The position numbers were made by a program, and so were the translations under genes. A stretch of 49,754 bases of DNA from an uncultured Clostridia bacterium. GTDB taxonomy: Bacteria; Bacillota; Clostridia; RGIG7378. Below are positions 43,798 through 49,754 of this stretch, in pieces. The notes under the pieces are model-generated. The model was not told the DNA's origin and searched no databases. It was given only the letters and a program-made list of their open reading frames with translations. Positions within the stretch are counted from its first letter, which is position 1. Each line of letters begins with the position of its first letter. Where the stretch lies: positions 1 through 49,754 of the forward strand of contig CAZCOE010000066.1 of assembly GCA_964500525.1 (NCBI GenBank), given 5' to 3'.

Positions 43798-44960
43798 TTC
43801 TTGATGAACCTTTCGATGCGGTCCAGGGCCTTTTCGATATTCTTAATAGAATAGGCATAGGATGCCCGGACGAATCCCTCTCCGCTGGCTCCGAATGCAT
43901 TGCCCGGAACTACAGCCACATGCTGTTCCTCCAGCAATTTGGTGCAGAACTCCTCGCTGGAGAGGCCCGTGGATTTGATGCAGGGGAATACGTAGAATGC
44001 GCCCTTGGGCTCAAAGCAGGTCAGTCCCAGCTTGTTAAATCCATCCAAAATGTATCTGCGGCGCATATCGTATTCCTTGCGCATGTTTTCGATATCCTGA
44101 TCCCCGGAGCGCAGTGCCTCTATGGCCGCATATTGAGCAGTGGTGGGAGCAGACATAATAGCGAACTGGTGCACCTTGATCATCTGCTTAATCAATGCAT
44201 CCGGTCCGCAGGCAAATCCAATGCGCCATCCTGTCATGGCATAGGCCTTGGACAATCCGTTAATAACTACGGTGCGCTGATACATTCCGGGAATGTTTGC
44301 TATGGACACGTGCCTGCCGCCGTATGTAAGCTCCCCATAGAGCTCGTCCGACAGCACCACCACATTGGTGTCCTCCAATACCCGGGCAATCTCTTCCAGA
44401 TCACTGCGGTCCATAATGCCGCCGGTGGGATTGTTGGGGAAAGGCAGGATGAGCAGCTTGGTCCTGGGTGTAATCGCATCTCTCAGCTGCTGTGCCGTCA
44501 GGCGGAATTGGTCCTCTTCCCTAAGGTCGATGGTCACAGGAACTCCTCCGCACAGCTGTACCATGGGCCTGTAGCATACAAATGCAGGCTCCGGGATAAT
44601 TACCTCATCTCCGGGAGTAACCAGGCAGCGGATAGCTGCGTCGATAGCCTCGCTGCCTCCTACAGTCACCATAACCTGGGACTTGGGGCTGTAATCCAGT
44701 TCAAATCTGCGCCTCATGTAGTTGGCAATCTCTGTGCGCAGCTCCATAAGGCCTGCGTTGGCCGTATAGTGGGTATGTCCCTTCTCCAGGGAGAGAATGC
44801 CTGCCTCCCTGATGTGCCAGGGTGTGACGAAGTCCGGCTCTCCCACGCCCAGTGACACCACATCATCCATAGTGGATGCGATGTCAAAGAACCTGCGTAT
44901 ACCGGAAGGCGGTATGCTGACAACAGTGCTGTTCAGAGCTTTTTCAATGCTAAAAGACAT
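43794..44960 (-). CDS. class I/II PLP-dependent aminotransferase
   Basis: Preferred start is ATG 44960 (MSFSIEKALN...). NNPTGG and SKAYAMTGWRIG (PLP lysine). The ORF track starts at 44984. Confidence 0.88.
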   Translation of the reverse strand: MSFSIEKALNSTVVSIPPSGIRRFFDIASTMDDVVSLGVGEPDFVTPWHIREAGILSLEKGHTHYTANAGLMELRTEIANYMRRRFELDYSPKSQVMVTVGGSEAIDAAIRCLVTPGDEVIIPEPAFVCYRPMVQLCGGVPVTIDLREEDQFRLTAQQLRDAITPRTKLLILPFPNNPTGGIMDRSDLEEIARVLEDTNVVVLSDELYGELTYGGRHVSIANIPGMYQRTVVINGLSKAYAMTGWRIGFACGPDALIKQMIKVHQFAIMSAPTTAQYAAIEALRSGDQDIENMRKEYDMRRRYILDGFNKLGLTCFEPKGAFYVFPCIKSTGLSSEEFCTKLLEEQHVAVVPGNAFGASGEGFVRASYAYSIKNIEKALDRIERFIKK

Positions 44961-44961
44961 A

Positions 44962-45456
44962 TTACAATACCACCTGTCTGTCATCCAGATTGGCCTTGTC
45001 GTAGACTATGCCGTTCTCCTTGTACTTGCGCAGGATAAAGCAGGTGTTCTGGCTGACTACAAAATCCATTGGTGCAATGCGCTCTGCGGCAAACAGTGCA
45101 ACCTCCTTCATGGTGGATCCCTCCACCTCTACCAGGATGTCGTAGGCGCCGCTCATCAGATATACACTGCGAACCTGGGAGTATTGCCACATGCGCTCTG
45201 CAATGCGGTCAAAGCCCTCTCCGTATTGGGGAGTAACCTTGAGCTCTATGAGTGCAACCACTCTCTCCTCGCCGGCCTTATCCCAGTTGATCATGGTATG
45301 GTTTCCCACGATGACGCCCTCTTGCTGCAGCTGCTTGACAGTCGCGTCAACCTCCGCCTCAGACATACCTGTAAGCACCGCCATCTGGGCGTTGGTAAGA
45401 TTCTCATCTCTGGCAATAATGTTGAGAAGCTCCAGCTTCTTGTCTTTGGTTTCCAT
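44962..45456 (-). CDS. Lrp/AsnC-family transcriptional regulator
   Basis: Preferred start is ATG 45456 (METKDKKLELLNIIARDENLTNAQMAVLTGMSEAEV...) with GGAGG 8 nt upstream. HTH plus an RAM/ACT-like C-terminus. Confidence 0.85.
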   Translation of the reverse strand: METKDKKLELLNIIARDENLTNAQMAVLTGMSEAEVDATVKQLQQEGVIVGNHTMINWDKAGEERVVALIELKVTPQYGEGFDRIAERMWQYSQVRSVYLMSGAYDILVEVEGSTMKEVALFAAERIAPMDFVVSQNTCFILRKYKENGIVYDKANLDDRQVVL

Positions 45457-45473
45457 TTTAGCGACCTCCATTG

Positions 45474-46793
45474 CTATTTCATATATTCGGTAAGTTGTTT
45501 TTCAGTAATGCTTCCAACTGCTGACACTGCCAACTCCGGACAGCTCAGGTATCGGCGCAGTACGCTGTTGACCCGGTCAGTGTCCAGTTTGTCCACCATG
45601 TCAATGAGTTGGTCCAGGGGCTTGATCTCATTGTATAAGATGAGATTCTTGCCCAGATTGTTCATTCTGGAACTGCTGCTCTCAGCAGACAGCACCAATG
45701 TTCCCTTCATCTGCTGGCGAAGATTGTCCAGCTGCCGGCTGTCTATGCCCTGTCGGGCTGTATCCTCCAGCTGCCGGCGCACCACGCTGATAAATTCCCG
45801 GGCCTTGTCCGGGTTCATGGCTCCGTACACCGCAGTCATGCCGTTGTTCTTGTAGGACGACACATATGTGTAGGTGTTGTACACCAGGCCCCGCTTCTCC
45901 CTGAGCTCCTGGAACAGCTGAGAACTCATGCCTCCCCCCAGGTATGTGCTGATGGCCGCCATAGCAACGCTGTCCTGTTCCTCCTCGGGTGTTGGGCTGG
46001 GGAATGCAATGCACATGTGCAGCTGCTCGATGTCCTTGTGGCGCAGATACAGTCCGGGGTGAAACTTGGCGCCCTTGTAATCGGTATGGGAGCCTGTGCC
46101 CCGCTCCCAGCTGCCGAAATACTTCTGTACAACGGCCAGCAGGTCCTCTTCCTCAAAGTTGCCCACCACGGAAATGCAGGTGTTGTCGGGGGTGTAGTAT
46201 CGCCCGGTATATTCCCTGAAAGCATTGGTGTCTATGGCTTCAAGGCATTCCGCCGTGCCCAATATGGGCAGTCCCAATGTGGAATCGCTGTATACTCCCT
46301 GGGCCAAGGCCTCATGAACCAGGTCATCCGGAGTATCCTCGTCCATGCTGATCTCCTCCAGCACCACCTTGCGCTCCATGTCAATGTCCTTGGTGTCAAA
46401 CCGGGAATGCAGCACCATGTCGGACAGCACCTCCACCGCAGTCTCCAGACTGGTGTCCAGAGTCTTGGTGAAGTAGCAAGTCAGTTCCTTGCCTGTAAAG
46501 GCGTTGATCTGACCGCCGATGTTTTCAATGCATTCTGCCAATTCCTTGGCCGACCTGCTGTCGGTTCCCTTGAACAGCATATGCTCGGTGAAATGAGAAA
46601 TGCCATTGGGAGCCCTGTAATTGTCTGTATGAAGGGAAGTTCCGCTGCGCAGCAACACAGCGGAACTCTCATTACGGGAGCCCGTGCCGACCCACACGCC
46701 CACAGTTACTGACCGCAGCCAGGGCATGCGTTCCCACACGATTCTCAACCCGTTACTTAATTCTCTTTGACCGTAGATTTCTCTCTCGAACAA
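45474..46793 (-). CDS. M16-family (insulinase/pitrilysin-like) zinc peptidase
   Basis: 439 aa with a TTG start. HFTEHMLFKG (HxxEH inverted zincin motif). It carries an extra segment of about 19 aa just before the motif. Confidence 0.88.
   Translation of the reverse strand: MFEREIYGQRELSNGLRIVWERMPWLRSVTVGVWVGTGSRNESSAVLLRSGTSLHTDNYRAPNGISHFTEHMLFKGTDSRSAKELAECIENIGGQINAFTGKELTCYFTKTLDTSLETAVEVLSDMVLHSRFDTKDIDMERKVVLEEISMDEDTPDDLVHEALAQGVYSDSTLGLPILGTAECLEAIDTNAFREYTGRYYTPDNTCISVVGNFEEEDLLAVVQKYFGSWERGTGSHTDYKGAKFHPGLYLRHKDIEQLHMCIAFPSPTPEEEQDSVAMAAISTYLGGGMSSQLFQELREKRGLVYNTYTYVSSYKNNGMTAVYGAMNPDKAREFISVVRRQLEDTARQGIDSRQLDNLRQQMKGTLVLSAESSSSRMNNLGKNLILYNEIKPLDQLIDMVDKLDTDRVNSVLRRYLSCPELAVSAVGSITEKQLTEYMK
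46638..46667. repeat. perfect 10-bp inverted repeat inside the M16 peptidase CDS
   Basis: AGTTCCGCTG (46638-46647) / CAGCGGAACT (46658-46667) with a 10-nt loop. It encodes SSAVLLRSGT in frame. Confidence 0.9.
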
Positions 46794-46794
46794 A

Positions 46795-48885
46795 TTACTT
46801 GAGGCAATCCTTTCTCGACAGGTTCAGTCTGCCCTTATCGTCGATCTCAATGAGCTTAACTGTCATTGCGTCTCCGACTTTGCAGAAATCCTCAACCTTG
46901 TCAACTCTCTTCTTGTCCAGCTTGGAAATGTGTACCAATCCCTCAACGCCGGGCAGAATCTCAACAAATACTCCGAATGTCATCAGGCGGGTTACCTTGC
47001 CTGAGAAAACAGTGCCAACTTCCACATCACCCAGGATGCCCTTGATAATCTGCTTGGCCTTCTCGGCGGACTCCGGATCGTAGTATGCGATGTTGATGTT
47101 GCCGTCGTCATCGATATCGATCTTAACGCCTGTCTCGGAGATAATCCTGTTGATAGTCTTGCCGCCGGAACCGATAATCTCACGAACTCTGTCGGGCTCG
47201 ATCTTCATCTGCAAAATCTTGGGGGCATAGGGAGACAGCTGCTTGCGAGGCTCGGGAAGTGTTGCCAGAATCACGTTATCGATAATGTGCTCACGGCCCT
47301 TCTTGGTCATGGCAAATGCCTGCTCAATAATCTCGTAGGACAGACCCTGAACCTTGATGTCAACCTGGATAGCTGTGATACCTGACTTGGTACCTGCAAC
47401 CTTGAAGTCCATGTCGCCAAAGAAGTCCTCAATACCCTGAATGTCCATAAAGGTGATGAACTTGTTCTCATCCTCCTCATCTACCAGCAGTCCGCAGGAA
47501 ATACCTGCAACAGGCTCCTTGATGGGAACGCCGCCGTCCATAAGTGCCAGAGTGCTGGCGCAGACGCTGCCCTGGGATGTGGATCCGTTGGACATAAGTA
47601 CCTCGGAAACCAGTCTCAATGCATAGGGGAACTCCTCCACAGAGGGAATAACGGGAACCAGGGCTCTCTCTGCCAATGCTCCGTGACCAATCTCTCTGCG
47701 TCCCGGGCTCCTGGGAGCCTTGGCCTCACCTACGGAATAGCCGGGCATGTTGTAGTGGTGAATGTATCTCTTGGTCTCCTCCAGGTCGATACCGTCAAGC
47801 TTCTGAATATCACCAAGGGATCCCAGTGTAAGTGTGGTCAGAACCTGAGTCTGTCCTCTCTGGAACAAACCGGAACCGTGAACTCTGGGCAGCAGACCCA
47901 CATCTGCGGAAAGAGGTCTGATCTGGTCCAATGCTCTGCCGTCTACTCTGCGGTGCTCCTTCATCAGGTACTCACGGACTACATACTTCTCCAGCTTGTA
48001 CATAGCATCGCCCATGTAGGATGTGTCCTCATCGGGATTCTCCTCCAGGATGGCAGCGGTGATTTCCTCTGTCAGGTTGGCAATTGCGTTGTCTCTGTCC
48101 TGCTTGTCTACAGCCAGAACAGCCTGTCTCATCTTGTCATAACCCAGAGCCTTAACCTTCTCCCAAACGTCATGATCAAGGACAACGTGGGTGTATTCGA
48201 ACTTGGGCTTGCCAATCTCGTCTACAATGCCCTGGATGAAGTCGCACAGTTCCTTGATGGTCTTGTGACCTTCCTTGATGGCATCCAGCATAACCTGGTC
48301 GGGAACTCTGTCTGCGCCGGCCTCGATCATAACGATCTTGTCCTTGGAGCCTGCCAGAGTAACATACATCTTGCTGACTTCTCTCTCAGCGGCGTTGGGG
48401 TTAACCACAACCTTGCCGTCAATCAGGCCCAATACGATGCCTGCGATAGGTCCGTTGAAGGGGATGTCCGAGATGGAAACTGCAATAGAGGAACCGATCA
48501 AAGCGGCAACCTCAGGGGAGCAGTCCTGATCAACGGACATAACTGTGTTGATAATGCATACGTCGTTGCGCAGATCCTTGGGGAACAGAGGTCTCATAGG
48601 TCTGTCAATAACACGGGAGGTCAGGACAGCCTTCTCTGTGGGACGGCCCTCTCTCTTGATGAATCCTCCGGGAATCTTGCCTACGGAATACAGCTTCTCC
48701 TCGAACTCTACACTGAGGGGGAAGAAGTCGATTCCATCTCTGGGCTTGGCAGATGCAGTAGCAGTGGACATAACAACTGTGTCACCGTATCTGACAAGAC
48801 ATGCACCATTGGCCAACTGGGCCAGAACTCCTGTCTCAATAACCAGGGGTCTGCCGGCCAATACTGTTTCAAATACCTTTCTCAT
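46795..48885 (-). CDS. pnp: polyribonucleotide nucleotidyltransferase (PNPase)
   Basis: 696 aa. Two RNase PH domains, then KH (GSGGKTINRI) and S1 (VGTVFSGKVTRLMTFGVFVEI) domains. Confidence 0.97.
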   Translation of the reverse strand: MRKVFETVLAGRPLVIETGVLAQLANGACLVRYGDTVVMSTATASAKPRDGIDFFPLSVEFEEKLYSVGKIPGGFIKREGRPTEKAVLTSRVIDRPMRPLFPKDLRNDVCIINTVMSVDQDCSPEVAALIGSSIAVSISDIPFNGPIAGIVLGLIDGKVVVNPNAAEREVSKMYVTLAGSKDKIVMIEAGADRVPDQVMLDAIKEGHKTIKELCDFIQGIVDEIGKPKFEYTHVVLDHDVWEKVKALGYDKMRQAVLAVDKQDRDNAIANLTEEITAAILEENPDEDTSYMGDAMYKLEKYVVREYLMKEHRRVDGRALDQIRPLSADVGLLPRVHGSGLFQRGQTQVLTTLTLGSLGDIQKLDGIDLEETKRYIHHYNMPGYSVGEAKAPRSPGRREIGHGALAERALVPVIPSVEEFPYALRLVSEVLMSNGSTSQGSVCASTLALMDGGVPIKEPVAGISCGLLVDEEDENKFITFMDIQGIEDFFGDMDFKVAGTKSGITAIQVDIKVQGLSYEIIEQAFAMTKKGREHIIDNVILATLPEPRKQLSPYAPKILQMKIEPDRVREIIGSGGKTINRIISETGVKIDIDDDGNINIAYYDPESAEKAKQIIKGILGDVEVGTVFSGKVTRLMTFGVFVEILPGVEGLVHISKLDKKRVDKVEDFCKVGDAMTVKLIEIDDKGRLNLSRKDCLK

Positions 48886-48909
48886 TTAATTCCTTTCCCT
48901 CATCCACCT

Positions 48910-48972
48910 CCGTAGTGCGTAGATTCCGATGCAGAACAGCTGTGGCTCTGCAGCGCAATCTACCTACTACGC
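48910..48972 (-). promoter_or_regulatory. long imperfect stem-loop in the pnp 5' leader
   Basis: The arms 48910-48925 and 48957-48972 pair at about 13 of 16 positions. Inner extensions pair too, including TGCAGA / TCTGCA (48930-48935 / 48947-48952). The structure ends about 25 nt upstream of the pnp ATG. Confidence 0.5.
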
Positions 48973-49071
48973 GGGACGAGCACTGCCGGTGGCAGCAAAA
49001 ATATTATTATTTGAAAACGCAGAATGTATTCAAAAGCTCATGAAAACACCTGCGAAATTCACTCTAAAGCG

Positions 49072-49103
49072 AAAAATGAGGAAGGGACTGTCGTCCCCTC
49101 CTC
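49072..49103 (-). terminator. rho-independent terminator/attenuator after rpsO
   Basis: Minus strand: GAGGAGGGGAC-gaca-GTCCCTTCCTC (11 bp, one G-U pair) followed by ATTTTTCGCTTT. It sits 16 nt after the rpsO stop. Confidence 0.85.
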
Positions 49104-49118
49104 CATGTGGCGAAAGGT

Positions 49119-49382
49119 TTACTTTCTGATACCGAGCTGCTTGCAAAGCTCTCTGTACTTCTGGATATCCTGCTTGGCAAGATAGTCAAGAAGGCCTCTG
49201 CGCTGACCTACCATCATAAGCAATCCTCTGCGGGAGTGATTGTCGTGGGGGTTAGCCTTGAGATGCTCGTTGAGGTGGTTGATACGCTCTGTCAGGATAG
49301 CAACCTGTACCTCAGGGGAGCCTGTGTCGCCCTCGTGTCTGGCATATGTGTCGATAATGCCCTGCTTCTTCTCCTTTGTCAT
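49119..49382 (-). CDS. rpsO: 30S ribosomal protein S15
   Basis: Preferred start is ATG 49382 ([42 protein letters not shown]...) with GGAGG upstream. The ORF track starts at 49511. Confidence 0.95.
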   Translation of the reverse strand: MTKEKKQGIIDTYARHEGDTGSPEVQVAILTERINHLNEHLKANPHDNHSRRGLLMMVGQRRGLLDYLAKQDIQKYRELCKQLGIRK

Positions 49383-49501
49383 AAATACCTCCAAGTAATA
49401 CCTGATACGAAGTGGTCGTCCTAGGAGTGATAATGCGAAAATGTACTCACATGCACATGGCATCATCGGGCGATAAACTGCGTATCGGCGAAATCTTGTG
49501 T

Positions 49502-49530
49502 ATTTTATCACAGTGGTTTTGCTAATTCAA
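49502..49530 (-). promoter_or_regulatory. candidate rpsO promoter
   Basis: Minus strand: TTGAAT (49530-49525), 17-nt spacer, TAAAAT (49507-49502). This implies a leader of about 110 nt. The -35 element overlaps the first repeat unit. Confidence 0.45.
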
Positions 49531-49754
49531 GTGAATAGTGAAAAGTGATGAGTGAAGAGTTGAGGACGCCATGCTCCCATGCTCGATTTGGAAGCGGGGC
49601 ACGGGCGAGGCAAAGCCTCCCAGTGAAAAGTCCCAAGTGATGAGTGAAAAGTTGTGGCCCCTATGTTCCAGAGGTCGAATGGCGAAGCGGTGCCCTAAGG
49701 ACCCGAAGCGGTGGTGTGCTCCTATGAAGGATTGTGTAGTTTCACTCTTCAGTC
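49528..49754. repeat. composite copy of the modular repeat (two (+) units plus a tail module), running off the window edge
   Basis: Units at 49528-49586 and 49619-49678. The spacer GGAAGCGGGGCACGGGCGAGGCAAAGCCTCC and the tail 49679-49754 are the reverse complement of 28668-28838 at high identity. Confidence 0.9.

Noticed and set aside
43791-45855. 354-aa and 352-aa plus-strand ORFs opposite the aminotransferase, Lrp and M16 genes
   Set aside because: They are antisense to three genes with clear family motifs. They span gene boundaries, which real genes would not mirror.
47683-48915. 410-aa plus-strand ORF opposite pnp
   Set aside because: It is a shadow frame of PNPase. The same applies to the other plus-strand ORFs at 19751-21784 (opposite PBP2) and 27033-27821 (opposite guaB).
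1-49754. Prophage, IS element, integron or conjugative element anywhere in the window
   Set aside because: I found no integrase, transposase, recombinase, relaxase or phage structural motif in any frame. The only mobility signatures are the 31-bp direct repeats and the dispersed repeat family, both reported separately.

Overview
About 49.8 kb of what looks like a Firmicutes/Clostridia chromosome. That assignment is my inference from gene content (mreBCD-PBP2-minDE-mgsA, an ECF transporter module, a SpoIVFB-like M50 protease) and from GGAGG-type ribosome-binding sites. Most genes lie on the minus strand in long co-directional arrays.

- **1-28.4 kb:** ordinary housekeeping. It holds rpsI-rplM, truA, gltX, nagA plus a ROK-like gene, a glucokinase, lepB, nrdR, asd, the cell-shape/division cluster, ecfA-ecfT and guaB.
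- **28.4-41.4 kb:** the accessory-looking part.
  - A 600-bp block of an unusual modular intergenic repeat.
  - A lipoprotein gene and an AAA/DUF4143-type ATPase.
  - A low-GC three-gene cassette (XRE regulator, 72-aa protein, 170-aa Cys-pair protein) bracketed by 31-bp direct repeats that duplicate the 3' end of a thuA-like gene.
  - A seven-gene sugar locus: MFS, cytoplasmic GH9-like hydrolase, small ORF, ROK kinase, NagB-like, ThuB-like and ThuA-like genes.
  - A low-GC orphan gene.
- **41.5-49.4 kb:** housekeeping again. It holds a guaA that lacks the amidotransferase domain, a CDF transporter, an aminotransferase, an Lrp regulator, an M16 peptidase, pnp and rpsO.

I recognised no rRNA, tRNA, CRISPR array, integrase or transposase.

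The most interesting observations, in order:
1. A dispersed modular repeat family (an AGTGAnn heptad array plus a conserved 29-nt core) at four intergenic loci. Composite inverted copies of it bracket about 20.5 kb.
2. The direct-repeat-flanked XRE cassette, a candidate cis-mobilisable islet or a toxin-antitoxin/defence-like module.
3. The GH9/ThuAB-like/NagB-like sugar locus.
4. An in-frame palindromic insertion next to the active site of the M16 peptidase.
5. A split guaA.
6. Degenerate active-site motifs in a Fic/Doc-like protein and a DUF3810-like protein.

All family assignments come from motif recognition by eye. No database search was run.
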